IMG/VR virus record: IMGVR_UViG_2772190757_000004 | Span: 6,396 to 70,395 of that record | Strand: one strand, 5' to 3' | Length of the DNA stretch: 64,000 nucleotides | From: a virus | Lineage: Duplodnaviria; Caudoviricetes | Shown: piece by piece, positions 7,766-17,371 of the stretch | How positions within the stretch are numbered: position 1 is the stretch's first letter | How the letters are laid out: each line of letters begins with the position of its first letter | Made by a program: the position numbers and the translations under genes | Notes under the pieces: generated by a model | What the model was told of the DNA's origin: nothing | Database searches by the model: none | Seen by the model: the letters and a program-made list of their open reading frames with translations, nothing else

Positions 7766-9946
7766 CTAGAGCACGCCCAGATCTTGGGCAATCGAGAGGA
7801 CGTCCTGGAGAACTTCGAGCGCCTTCAGGACGGGGTCTTCGAACTCCCGCTCGCCGACCTGAATCTTCCAAGCGGGCGCTTCGTCACGTGACGCCGCGAG
7901 GGTGAGTTCGGTGATGCGGTCGACGAACACCCGTCCGGCGGGCATACCCTTGACGGTGGTGCCGACGCGGTCACCGATGTCCATGTGCCCGAACCCGCGC
8001 GCCCCGACGAGGTACGGCGCGCCGTCAGCGACGACCACACTGTGGGAGGTCTGCTCGCGGGTCAGCCAGAACCCGGTCCGCAGAGCGATCAGGGCAGCGA
8101 GGCTGTAGGCGCGGTCAGCGCCGTCGCCCCACTTCTCGTGATAGTGGCTCCACCCCAACCGTTGTGCGCGCTCGGGCGACTTCCAGGACATGAAGGCCAA
8201 CAGGACGTCGGTGTAGAGCGGCTTGAGGATCGCGTCGAGGGTACCGCCGATGGGCGGGATGAACACCGCTGCAGCGATGAGGTCTCCGGCCGTGTTGTGC
8301 GACCAAACGCCGTTGCCCGAGTAAGTCACCCAGCCCGGAACGTGCATGTCGTAGAAGTCCTGGACCCCGACCGACCTAGCCGATACAACCGGTGAGTACT
8401 CGACAGCTCCCCCATCGGGCACTCCGATCCAGGCCGCGTCCGGCAGGTCGTCGTTGGGCGGGGCGATGTCGACCGCCGTCGCCGGACTTACTGCGGCTAC
8501 TTCGGTCCCGATCGCAGTCGCCCCGGCTTCTGCCCAGCCCGCCCGGGTCAGCCAGCGGTGCCGCGTCGTCGCGGTGATCGTCTGGCCGTTCGCGAGCGTG
8601 TACTCGAAGAGTTCGGTGCGGCCCTTCTTGAATGCGAAATCTGCTGTCGCGCCTACTCGCTCGCCATTGGGGGTCAACGCCCAGACGCGGAACGGGGTCC
8701 CTCGCGCGGCGAGCGCATCGATGCGCTCCTTGCCGTCGGGGCCATCGATGATCGTCTCCCCGGCCACGCATTGGATCGCTGCGCTGATGAGCTCGTTGAC
8801 GCCGGGCATCGAGTGCCCGCCCGTTGTCACTTGGACATCCGTCGCGGGCCGTTGCTTGAAGCTGGATGATTGCACGCCGATGCCGTGGCGCAGGATCACC
8901 CACGGCGCTTCGGGGAGGGTGCCCATCCATCCGGGCTGGGTGTACTCAACCGGGAACGACGGGTCGTTGATGATGTCGACACCCTCGGTGAGGCCGTCGG
9001 ATTCAATCGTGGTGAACGCCCGCACCAGCCCGGTGAGGAGGTTCCCGCCGAAGGATGTGCCGGTAGTCCAGCCGGACTTGTCGACGATGTCCCACACCAG
9101 GCAGCCGTGGCGCAGGTTCGCGCCCGGCCACGGTGGCGGGTCGCCGTCGAGGTAACGCCTCGCCACCCAAGACAGTTGCCCGTCCTGCATGATCCGCTTG
9201 GACATGTCGTAGGCGGATTTCATGCGCGAGAACGGGATCGCGAACGGGGAGTTGTCCTCGTCGATCGCGCCCGGCGCGACGACCATGCTCCAGGTGGAGA
9301 TGTCGAAGTTGAACCACTGCGAGGGGTCGAGCGGGTCGTCGGGGAGCATCCACAGCGACGACTCCAGGCGCATGATGTTCACCGCGAGGGTCAGCTTCAC
9401 CGCCCACTTCGCCGGCCCGAACATGAACCACAGCCGCGGGAACTGGATCTCGGCCGGTAAGAAAGGATTCGGCCAGCACCGGATGTGCTTGAGTTCTTCC
9501 AGGTCGTGCTTGAAGGTGATCTTCACCGAGGCGGTGCCCTGGTCGGTGAAGATCGTGTCGACCTCTTCCATGCGCCCGCCCCACCGCAAGCCGTCTTTGT
9601 CGACGGTGACGTGGATGCCGTACGGGTCGCGGTCGGGGTCCATCGCCCACTCGGCGAGGTAGTACTTCTCGCCCTTCGGCGTGTACATGGGGATCTCGAG
9701 GACGCCGATACCGGTCTCGTTGTCGAGGAGCTGCCACTCGCTACGGATCTCGTTGCGGACCACACCACGCAGCACCCAGTCGCCATCCCACAGCCGGATC
9801 AGCGGAGGCCGGATGCGGCGGAGTCTGCGCTCCCGTCGCTCGGCGACAGCTTGGGCGTGCACCGCGGTGAGGTCCTGCGGCGGGACCGAGGGAAACACCG
9901 ACTCCCCCGGGTAGACGTTCTCCCCAGGGTAGAGATAGGTGGGCAT
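7766..9946 (-). CDS. Minor tail/baseplate hub protein containing a mini-intein
   Basis: PPLIRLWDGDW, NPFLPAEIQFP, GGHSMPGVNE, GDRVG motifs; intein at residues 393-551. Confidence 0.9.
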   Translation of the reverse strand: MPTYLYPGENVYPGESVFPSVPPQDLTAVHAQAVAERRERRLRRIRPPLIRLWDGDWVLRGVVRNEIRSEWQLLDNETGIGVLEIPMYTPKGEKYYLAEWAMDPDRDPYGIHVTVDKDGLRWGGRMEEVDTIFTDQGTASVKITFKHDLEELKHIRCWPNPFLPAEIQFPRLWFMFGPAKWAVKLTLAVNIMRLESSLWMLPDDPLDPSQWFNFDISTWSMVVAPGAIDEDNSPFAIPFSRMKSAYDMSKRIMQDGQLSWVARRYLDGDPPPWPGANLRHGCLVWDIVDKSGWTTGTSFGGNLLTGLVRAFTTIESDGLTEGVDIINDPSFPVEYTQPGWMGTLPEAPWVILRHGIGVQSSSFKQRPATDVQVTTGGHSMPGVNELISAAIQCVAGETIIDGPDGKERIDALAARGTPFRVWALTPNGERVGATADFAFKKGRTELFEYTLANGQTITATTRHRWLTRAGWAEAGATAIGTEVAAVSPATAVDIAPPNDDLPDAAWIGVPDGGAVEYSPVVSARSVGVQDFYDMHVPGWVTYSGNGVWSHNTAGDLIAAAVFIPPIGGTLDAILKPLYTDVLLAFMSWKSPERAQRLGWSHYHEKWGDGADRAYSLAALIALRTGFWLTREQTSHSVVVADGAPYLVGARGFGHMDIGDRVGTTVKGMPAGRVFVDRITELTLAASRDEAPAWKIQVGEREFEDPVLKALEVLQDVLSIAQDLGVL
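8294..8770 (-). other. Mini-intein (159 aa, no homing endonuclease)
   Basis: Starts CVAGET (block A), TTRHRW (block B TxxH), FYDMHV (block F), ends WSHN with +1 Thr. Confidence 0.9.
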
Positions 9947-10399
9947 TTACGCGTAGGTCCCGGAGAACAGGATCGCCAGGCCGGTGCCGGGCGTGCCGCC
10001 TGGGGCCACGTCTGCGGTGAGGACGTCGTTCTGGGCGAGACTCACTGTGCCGGTCCAGGTTTGGTTCGTCGCCGGTTGCGCTACCGTGACCGTCGGCATC
10101 CCCGTCGCGGACCCGTTCTTCTTGATCGTGATCACCGTGGAGCCGCTGCCGTCCGCGGTGCCGAACCTCACCCGAATCCGGGTCAGCGTGATCCCCGCGG
10201 GCATCGCGATGCCCAGCGTTGCACCGTTCAACCCGGAGGCACGGGTGGCGGAGTTGGTGACGATCAGCTCATGCGCCCACGGCTTCGGCTGGGTCAGCGA
10301 CGCCTGATAGATCCCCTCCTCGATGTAGTTGAGTGCGTCGGCGTCGACCTCCGTCCCGCCGACCTCACCGTTGGCCCAGGTCTGCTTCGTGTAGGCCAT
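9947..10399 (-). CDS. Minor tail protein
   Basis: MAYTKQTWANG...ADALNYIEEGI N-terminal motif plus beta-rich domain. Confidence 0.75.
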   Translation of the reverse strand: MAYTKQTWANGEVGGTEVDADALNYIEEGIYQASLTQPKPWAHELIVTNSATRASGLNGATLGIAMPAGITLTRIRVRFGTADGSGSTVITIKKNGSATGMPTVTVAQPATNQTWTGTVSLAQNDVLTADVAPGGTPGTGLAILFSGTYA

Positions 10400-11307
10400 C
10401 AGCGCATCCCCCAGGCTCGGGTCCAGTTGCGGGCGCAGTGCACCAGCACCGTCGACCCGGTCGGCCCGTTGCAGGCGACCGGGAGATCAGTGGGCGGAGT
10501 CCACGGCGGGACGGGGAACAAGAACTGCACGCCGTTCATCAGCGACCAAAAGTTCGGTGTACCGGGCCGCACGACCTGCTCTTCGAACGGGTCGGTGTCG
10601 ATGTCGACCGCGGCACCGGAGGAGAGAGTGGGCATGACGATCGTGCGCGCCGTCGACGTGGCAGCCTGGTCTGCGATGTCGGCAGGCAGGTCATCGGCCG
10701 AGAAGGTCTCCGACCCGTACCAGGAGTAGTCCGGGAGCGTCCATGTCCCCGGCGCGGAGATGGTCCACTTCAGCCACATCGGCCGGTCGGTGGGATTGGA
10801 CACCGTCACTGTCCCGGACTGTGCGCCGGAGGCTTGCGATACCCAGGTGTCGGTGACATCGGCCTCCACGAACCACGGGATCCCCGCCCGGCACTGCATC
10901 TCCACTTCCACGTAACCGCGCTTGCCCGGGTCGCGGGCGAGCCCTACGCGGGGGGCTTCGAATGGCCGGCACGACAGGTGCCTTCGAGAGTTGGGGGTTT
11001 CGATCCACAGCTTCGAGTCCTGGCTGTAGGACCAGGCCTTGCGGAACTCCGAGTCCAGGTCCTCCCAGGTTTCGCCTTCGCCGCGGATGAACACCTTGAA
11101 GGTGACGTCGCGGGCGTCCCAGCGGACGCCGCCAGGGCTCGAGCCGAGCTGGAACGCGGTCTGGGTCCAGATGGTCCGCACTGGTGCATCGACGATGCCG
11201 TCGAGGGCGGTGAGGATAACGCCGCGGTCGCCCTGGCCAGGACCGTGCAGGCGGAACCACTCCCCGGTGTAGCTCTCGAGCTCGACAATCGTCGTAGCCA
11301 CCCTCAC
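10399..11307 (-). CDS. Distal tail (Dit-like) minor tail protein
   Basis: Immediately after TMP; VSNPTDRPMWLKW, WTLPD, IDTDP, FPVPPWT motifs. Confidence 0.85.
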   Translation of the reverse strand: MRVATTIVELESYTGEWFRLHGPGQGDRGVILTALDGIVDAPVRTIWTQTAFQLGSSPGGVRWDARDVTFKVFIRGEGETWEDLDSEFRKAWSYSQDSKLWIETPNSRRHLSCRPFEAPRVGLARDPGKRGYVEVEMQCRAGIPWFVEADVTDTWVSQASGAQSGTVTVSNPTDRPMWLKWTISAPGTWTLPDYSWYGSETFSADDLPADIADQAATSTARTIVMPTLSSGAAVDIDTDPFEEQVVRPGTPNFWSLMNGVQFLFPVPPWTPPTDLPVACNGPTGSTVLVHCARNWTRAWGMR

Positions 11308-14255
11308 CTCCTCACGAACGTGTTGGCCTGTGAACTACGGCGCCGGATCTCTTCCTGGATCGCCTTGGTCGTCCAGTCGAAGACGGCCTGCCCGATCGCC
11401 TGGATCGCGCCGCCACTGCGGCGCGCACCGAGGTCGGACAGGAACTGGTCGATGTTGGCGTTGACGAAGTCCGTGCCTGCCTGACTCATTCGGCCCGCGG
11501 CGTCGACCTGCTCGAGGGTCTGCACCCCCGGCGCCGAGGACGGCGGCGCTGATGACTGAGGCGCGAACGACTCCGCCGGCGCGGGCGTCACCGGGTTCGC
11601 ACCCCCGCCGCCGCTGCCGACGACCCACACCGGCACGACGCCAGCGGGTACCGCCACACCCCCGTAGGTGCCGCCGCTGGACGGCGCCGCGCTACCTCCG
11701 AGGCCGCCCGTACCTGCACCGGATCCGGGACTTCCCGCCCTGCTGCCCTGCGGGGTGTTGAACCCAGGTGCGCCGGACTGCCTGCTTGGGTCGTCAGTTT
11801 CTGGTGGAGACCACAGCTCGCGCGGCAGGTGCCAGACCTTCGGGAACGCGGCCGCCCCGTCCGCGCTGCCGCCGAACTGGATGCCGTTGGATCCGTCGGA
11901 TTCGACGTTGGTTCCGAGCAGTGTGCCGGCCATGTGGCCGTTGGTGCCGACGCCGCCGTTGGTGCCAATACTGAACCCGCCGGGGTCCATGCCCGGTTTG
12001 AAACCCAGGGCTGCGAAGTCCGATGCGGTGGTGAATCGCACAGACTGGCCCGTGAGCTGGTTGTAGATCCCCGAGAGGTAGCCCGAGCAGTCCAGCCCTC
12101 CATAGACGTACGGTTCGCCGTCGTGCGAACGGGCATAGTCCAGCGCGCGTTTGGATGCCAGGCCGCCGCCAGCGAACCCGGGGACCATCCCGTGCAACAA
12201 CTCGGGCGGAGGCACCCAGCCGCTGTTGATGGCGTCGAGGAACGGAATGGTTGCTGGGTTCGCGGCTTGGGCACGGGTGATGTACGCCAAATGCTCCCGG
12301 TTGGAGATGGCAATGATATTCGCGTCGTCGGTAGGGCCGCCGCGCCCATAGAACAGGCCACCGGCGGCGTACCGGCCACGGGGGGTGTTGCCGACGGTGA
12401 CCTGGTTGGTTTGCTGCGCGGGGTCGTTCGTGGTGTTGCCGTAGATGTCTACGAAACGGACCGTTACCTTCTGCTCGAGCGGGCGTCCGGTATTGGCGAC
12501 GATCCAGGCGTCGAGTTTTGCTTGAGCGTCTGCTGTCGCGGCGTTGACGACCACATCCTTGGTGCCAGGGATTTGGGTGACCTTGAGTCCCAGCGCCTCC
12601 AGACGGGCCGTTACCTCAGGGGTGTTCTCTTTGACGATGATGTCGTGGCCGTCAGGAAGCGCCGTGACCTGATCGCCGAGTGCCCTGAATACCTCCTGGG
12701 CGGCAACCGCCTGCTCGATATTGGAGGCGACCGAATCTCGCATTCGGTCCAGGCCGGGGCGGGTGGTGTTGTCGATCCCGTCTGCAAGGCCGATCGCGGC
12801 GTCGGCCGCTCCGTCCATCGTCGATTCGAGGTTTTGAAGCGTGTGGCCAAGATCTTCGAGGCCCTCGTTGCGGGTGAGCTTGCCGATGACCTCGGCGACT
12901 TTCCCGACAGGGTCGAGTAGGTGCTCGAGCAACGGTCCCACGCCCTCGGCGAGGGTCGCGAACGCGCGCAGGCTGATCGAACTGAATGACAGGAACGCGT
13001 CTGCCGTCGCGAACGCCCCGTCGGCGAGTTTCGCGAGGAAGGCCAGGATCTCCGGCTGGTGCTGGGTAACCCAGTCCGCAACTTTGGCCAGCTCCGGGCC
13101 AAACGCCTTCGCGAGCGCGGAACCGATCGCGTCGGTGCTTATTTGGATGGATCGCTTCGCGGATTCGATCGACGACGCAGCGTTGCCGCCCATGGTGTTC
13201 AGTGCGGATTGAGCGGCACCTTCCACCTTGCCCAGCGACGCAGCGGCGTCATCAAGGTTGAACTGGTTCAGCGCGTCGCCGAGGTCCTCGAACTGGGTTC
13301 CGAACAGCGCGAGAGCGATCGAATTCTTCTCGACCGGGTCTTCGATCTTGTTGATCTCGCCGAGGAGATCTCCGACTGCCGCGCGCGCGGTGGCGCCGCC
13401 GGTCGCGAATCGTTTCGTCAGGTCGTCGGCGTTGAAGCCGAGGGTTTGGAACGCCTCGACCGTGGATTTCGAACCGTCCACGACGCGGATGCTGAACTCC
13501 TTGATCGCGTCCGCAGCAACGTCGGTGTCGCGAGCGCCGGCGAGAACCGCCTGGTTGATCAGGCCGATCGCCTCGGGACCGCTTAGGCCCAGTTTGCGGA
13601 ACTGCGTACCGTATTCGGTGATGGTGTCGAGGAAGTCCTCGCTGACGTTCAGGCCGTTCTGTTCGGCCGCGGCGAACAGGTCGAAAGCCTCGGTGGCCGA
13701 CCCGGCGATGCCGGTCTTGATCGCTTGGCCTGCGGCGCGGGCGACCGCGGGGATCTCCTCGCCCATCAGGTCCGAGATGCCGCTCAGCTGCGAAATGACC
13801 GCTTGGGTCTCCTGCGCGGTGGCCGAGGAGTCCAGCAACCCACTGTTGATCGCGCGGCGAGCGGCATCGATGTTCTCTTCGACGCTGTTACCGAAGTTCG
13901 CGGCGTAAGCGCGCCCGGCCGCAGTGCCGATCTTGGCCATGGTCGCGTCGTCGATGCCCAACCGTGCTTGGGTGAGATCCAGGGCCTTTTCGCGCCGCAG
14001 GCCGTCGCTTAGCGCTTTGACGAACAGTCCGCCAGCGCTGACGCCTGCCACTGCCATGGCCGTGCCGAGTACCGCGCCGAACGCACCCGCCTTGCCCTGT
14101 AGGCCCTCTAGGATCCCCCCGCCGGCGGCCTCGCCGCCGGCGCGGCCCGCGCGCTCGCCCGCCCGGCCGAACGCCTGGTCCAGTTGGCGTGGGATCCCCG
14201 CCGTTTCGGCGCTGACGGTGACGTACCCGTGGGCTAACTGCACGCCACCGGCCAT
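11304..14255 (-). CDS. Tape measure protein with C-terminal NlpC/P60-like domain
   Basis: 983-aa Ala-rich helical protein; FLDTITEYG, DVAADAIKEF, ALFGTQFEDLG; YVYGGLDCSG...GHMAGTL. Confidence 0.92.
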   Translation of the reverse strand: MAGGVQLAHGYVTVSAETAGIPRQLDQAFGRAGERAGRAGGEAAGGGILEGLQGKAGAFGAVLGTAMAVAGVSAGGLFVKALSDGLRREKALDLTQARLGIDDATMAKIGTAAGRAYAANFGNSVEENIDAARRAINSGLLDSSATAQETQAVISQLSGISDLMGEEIPAVARAAGQAIKTGIAGSATEAFDLFAAAEQNGLNVSEDFLDTITEYGTQFRKLGLSGPEAIGLINQAVLAGARDTDVAADAIKEFSIRVVDGSKSTVEAFQTLGFNADDLTKRFATGGATARAAVGDLLGEINKIEDPVEKNSIALALFGTQFEDLGDALNQFNLDDAAASLGKVEGAAQSALNTMGGNAASSIESAKRSIQISTDAIGSALAKAFGPELAKVADWVTQHQPEILAFLAKLADGAFATADAFLSFSSISLRAFATLAEGVGPLLEHLLDPVGKVAEVIGKLTRNEGLEDLGHTLQNLESTMDGAADAAIGLADGIDNTTRPGLDRMRDSVASNIEQAVAAQEVFRALGDQVTALPDGHDIIVKENTPEVTARLEALGLKVTQIPGTKDVVVNAATADAQAKLDAWIVANTGRPLEQKVTVRFVDIYGNTTNDPAQQTNQVTVGNTPRGRYAAGGLFYGRGGPTDDANIIAISNREHLAYITRAQAANPATIPFLDAINSGWVPPPELLHGMVPGFAGGGLASKRALDYARSHDGEPYVYGGLDCSGYLSGIYNQLTGQSVRFTTASDFAALGFKPGMDPGGFSIGTNGGVGTNGHMAGTLLGTNVESDGSNGIQFGGSADGAAAFPKVWHLPRELWSPPETDDPSRQSGAPGFNTPQGSRAGSPGSGAGTGGLGGSAAPSSGGTYGGVAVPAGVVPVWVVGSGGGGANPVTPAPAESFAPQSSAPPSSAPGVQTLEQVDAAGRMSQAGTDFVNANIDQFLSDLGARRSGGAIQAIGQAVFDWTTKAIQEEIRRRSSQANTFVRR

Positions 14256-14268
14256 GTGATCACCTCAC

Positions 14269-14831
14269 TCACTGGTCCCAGCCGAGCCAGGCATCCATCT
14301 CGTCGATTGGGAGCGGATCTGATCCGATGGCGCGAAGGTCTTCAGGTATCGAGTCCGCGGCCATTCGCTCTCGCCGGACTCGCACGACGGCCGAGGGGTC
14401 GTGCAGGTGCTTGAGCCAGCATTTGAACTCGAACCACGACAGGCGGTCTCCCAGGTCGTAGAGATGTAGGCCGCGGTCGAGCAGGTCGGCGACGATCGCC
14501 TCCTCGTGTCCGTTTATGAACTCTCGGAGGCCGAGGATTCCCCCGTGCTCACCTTCGAGGACGCACCCCAAGCCGCGTAGAGGTCGGTGATCTGGTCGCG
14601 CGAGAGACGTGCCTCGTGCAGTTTCTTGCCCAGGTCGGGGTCGAAGCTGGCGATGAATCCGATGACGAACCGGTACATCGACAGGCCTTTGCCGTTGACC
14701 TCTTCGAGGTAGTCCTCTGCTTCGGCGGGAATGAATTCCAGCTTCGGCACGGAGACGGTCTCGTCTCCGAGTTTGAACTCGAACCGGTTCTTCTTCAGTC
14801 GAGCACCGGCTGCGGGGATTTCGAACACCAT
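14269..14831 (-). CDS. Tail assembly chaperone G (14514-14831) and G-T fusion via -1 frameshift
   Basis: 105-aa ORF between major tail and TMP; slippery GGGGGAA at 14538-14544 leads into GILGLREF...WLGWDQ ending at 14269. Confidence 0.88.
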
Positions 14832-14834
14832 TGG

Positions 14835-14911
14835 CTCGCAGGCCCTTTCCTTGTCGCAGGCCCGAGGGCCCGGTGGCGCGGCGGGCCTGCGAGGTAGACC
14901 GCGCCACCGGG
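14835..14911 (-). promoter_or_regulatory. Structured intergenic RNA element (13-bp hairpin whose loop complements two downstream repeats)
   Basis: Stem 14869-14881/14899-14911; loop motif 14882-14893 complementary to 14854-14864 and 14835-14845, which flank RBS AAGGAAAG. Confidence 0.75.
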
Positions 14912-14918
14912 GTTTTCG

Positions 14919-15728
14919 TTACGCGTAGGTGACCGAGAGGCCGGCGCTGGGACCGGTCGCGTTGGTCACGACGACGTTGTAGGAGCCCGCGCTCTTCGCG
15001 GGGGTGATGATCGCCAGCGTCTGGTCGTTGTAGATCTGGAAGTCGCCCACCGCGGTGCCACCAACCGTGGCCGCAGTCGTTCCGACGAAGCCGGTGCCGG
15101 TGAGGATCAACAGCTCACCGCCTGCGGTGGCGAGGTTGCCCACGGGTTCGCGCGAGGTGATGGTCGGAGCCGCCGCCGCCGCGCCGTTGTCGTAGTAGCG
15201 GTAGACCTTGACGCCGTTCTCGTCCTTGTAGCATTCGAGGGTCACGTCGAAAGCCATCAAACCGTTGCGCACGATCGGGTCTTCAGCGACGCCGGTGATC
15301 TGGCCGAGGGGAACAGCGAATCGGGCGCGTTTGCTGCCGTCCTTGATATCGAAGACCCAGGGGTGGATTTCGAGGGGTTCGCCGGTTTCCTCGACGGTGG
15401 TCAGCGACCCAACGGTCGTTACGTTGTCCTCGTGGAAGACCTCCGACAGGACGTCAGGGTCGTAGACGGCGTACAGCTTGAACTGGAACTGGGCGGAGTG
15501 GTTCTCTTGCGGGCTGGCGATGAGGTCGCCTGCCCAGTCGTAGATAGGTGTCGAGCTGCGTTCACCGGACGGGCGCAGGCCATCGTCTGCGACGTAGCCG
15601 AGCTTGGTGTAGCTCGCGGTTGATCCCGTGACGCCGGTGGGGAGCGCGGTCCCTGCGGCGGCGACCAGGACACCGCCGGTGGCCAGCGGTGCGCCTACGC
15701 CGATTCTGGCAACGGAGTTTCCGGCCAT
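14919..15728 (-). CDS. Major tail tube protein with C-terminal IPT/TIG Ig-like domain
   Basis: LGYVADDGL, IYDWAGD, GQIT motifs; C-terminal PTITS..GG..LILTGTGF...NVVVTN. Confidence 0.9.
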   Translation of the reverse strand: MAGNSVARIGVGAPLATGGVLVAAAGTALPTGVTGSTASYTKLGYVADDGLRPSGERSSTPIYDWAGDLIASPQENHSAQFQFKLYAVYDPDVLSEVFHEDNVTTVGSLTTVEETGEPLEIHPWVFDIKDGSKRARFAVPLGQITGVAEDPIVRNGLMAFDVTLECYKDENGVKVYRYYDNGAAAAAPTITSREPVGNLATAGGELLILTGTGFVGTTAATVGGTAVGDFQIYNDQTLAIITPAKSAGSYNVVVTNATGPSAGLSVTYA

Positions 15729-15732
15729 TGTT

Positions 15733-15767
15733 GTTGTGTCCCTTCAGGATTCGCAGGCCCTGAATGG
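15733..15767 (-). promoter_or_regulatory. 35-bp leader hairpin with RBS of major tail gene
   Basis: Identical to 3212-3246. Confidence 0.85.
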
Positions 15768-15799
15768 ATAACTTGCTGACCCTCCGTTGCCGGGGGAGT

Positions 15800-16198
15800 T
15801 CAGATCAGTACGCCGCCGATGAGCAGGTCGAGCGTGAATTGGTATCGGGGGCCGACGTCATCGGGGAAGTTCGCCGGTCCCGACACGGTGACGACATGGG
15901 CGACCCACGCTGGTCCCGCCGATTCGCCTTCGGCGGCACGCATAAGCGCGTACGAGAGCCTGGCCAGACTCGCGCAGGCCGGTTCGTCCGCCGCCCAGCA
16001 CTCGAAGATCAAGCGTGAGTAGAAATGACCTCGCGTCTGCTCAAGTGTGTCGGCAAGAGAGACGCGGACCATGCGCTCCGGGCGGACCGGTGGCACCTTG
16101 GTGGCGACTTTCGCCGTCTCGCTGCGCACAGCGAAGGCGGCTTTCAGGTAGGCGACCGCGGCGGCCTCGGCGTCAGCAGGTGCGACGACCTCACCCAT
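15800..16198 (-). CDS. Tail terminator
   Basis: Position before major tail; LIFECWA, GPANFPD..PRYQFT. Confidence 0.8.
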   Translation of the reverse strand: MGEVVAPADAEAAAVAYLKAAFAVRSETAKVATKVPPVRPERMVRVSLADTLEQTRGHFYSRLIFECWAADEPACASLARLSYALMRAAEGESAGPAWVAHVVTVSGPANFPDDVGPRYQFTLDLLIGGVLI

Positions 16199-16460
16199 TT
16201 GCGGCACCGAACGCCCGCACGAGCGTGTTGTCTTGCGCGTTCTGTCTCATCGCCACTGCGGTAGCCGCGAAAACAGACACCTGCCACCGGCCTTGGGGGC
16301 TCTTAGCTCCCTGACGAGACGACATCATGTATCCCGCAGCTTCGCCGCCCGCAGCCCCCAGAATTGCGCGACCGCGCCGCTCGAGGTCCTGCCGGACGCC
16401 GGGTTCGCTGCGGATCTTGTAGAGGGCGTCCCGTTTCATGACCAGGCGGAAGTTAGCCAT
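16191..16460 (-). CDS. Head-tail connector (HK97 gp10-like position)
   Basis: 89 aa, NAQDNTLVRA C-terminal motif. Confidence 0.7.
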   Translation of the reverse strand: MANFRLVMKRDALYKIRSEPGVRQDLERRGRAILGAAGGEAAGYMMSSRQGAKSPQGRWQVSVFAATAVAMRQNAQDNTLVRAFGAANG

Positions 16461-16656
16461 CGCTGATCACCTCGCTCGGTTTGATGACCTGCACCTCCGC
16501 GCAGGCGATCGTGATCGTGACCCCCGGATAGACACGTCCATCCGGGGCTTCGGCGATCGTCGGCTCCACCCCCGCGTACGAGAACGGGAACGGCTCACCA
16601 TCGAAGAACATCTCGTTGGTGTCGAGGTCGATCAGGACCCGCGGTAGCCCGCTCAT
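16453..16656 (-). CDS. Hypothetical protein, paralogue of 24636-24830
   Basis: RVLID..DGEPFPF..P.IAEA..VTITI pattern. Confidence 0.6.
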   Translation of the reverse strand: MSGLPRVLIDLDTNEMFFDGEPFPFSYAGVEPTIAEAPDGRVYPGVTITIACAEVQVIKPSEVISDG

Positions 16657-16988
16657 CCGTCCACCCGTTGCAGGTTCACCGGTTTACGGCCGGGCTTCCA
16701 CCACGGGCCGTGATCGTAGTCCTCGGGGAAACCGATCACATCGAACTCCTCGCCGTCGATAACGAGCAGATCGTGAGGCCCGATCTGCTCGTCCGAATCG
16801 ACGACAGCGACCATGTCGACAACGACACGGTCGTGTCCTGCCACGGCTGGTTCGGTGGACGAGGGCGAGTAGTAGAACGCCTGGATGTCCACCGCCGCGG
16901 CGTGGGAGCCGATCTCGTTGCCGTGCGCGTCCTCCCCCGACCCGGAGTACGCGCGATGACCAATCGTGAACGGCAACGGGATCGTCAT
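16653..16988 (-). CDS. Head-to-tail stopper
   Basis: GEDAHGN, IDGEEFDVIGFPEDY.HGP motifs. Confidence 0.8.
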   Translation of the reverse strand: MTIPLPFTIGHRAYSGSGEDAHGNEIGSHAAAVDIQAFYYSPSSTEPAVAGHDRVVVDMVAVVDSDEQIGPHDLLVIDGEEFDVIGFPEDYDHGPWWKPGRKPVNLQRVDG

Positions 16989-17371
16989 GACATCGGCACG
17001 TTGAACGCCGCCGAAGACCCCGCACACAGGGTCCGCAACAGTGAACGGTCGGTCTTGTTGATCCACGGCCCGCCCTGCGAGGAGCTCGCCGAGTAGCTAC
17101 GGCTCATCGAGAACGGGCCCGCGGTGACGCTGGAGGAGTCCACACCAGGCTGCTGCTGGTCGGTTACCTGCAGCACTCGGGCCGCCATTCGCGACACCAC
17201 CAACGTCACATTCGACGGAGTGGGATCGGCGATGGTGCAGCCACCCTCGTGGAACCAGGCTTCGACCAGCGCCGAGGCTTCATCGAGGAGCCCCGGCAAC
17301 CGGCCTTCTTCCTCAGTCGTCAGACTTCGACCGAGACGCGCTTCGACGTCGGCCTGTGCTGCCAGTGCCAC
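16985..17371 (-). CDS. Head-to-tail adaptor
   Basis: ALAAQADVEARLGRSLT, LLDEAS, VTAGPFS. Confidence 0.8.
   Translation of the reverse strand: MALAAQADVEARLGRSLTTEEEGRLPGLLDEASALVEAWFHEGGCTIADPTPSNVTLVVSRMAARVLQVTDQQQPGVDSSSVTAGPFSMSRSYSASSSQGGPWINKTDRSLLRTLCAGSSAAFNVPMS

Noticed and set aside
14538-14544. Chaperone -1 frameshift as novelty
   Set aside because: Well-established feature of siphoviruses; listed as a feature only
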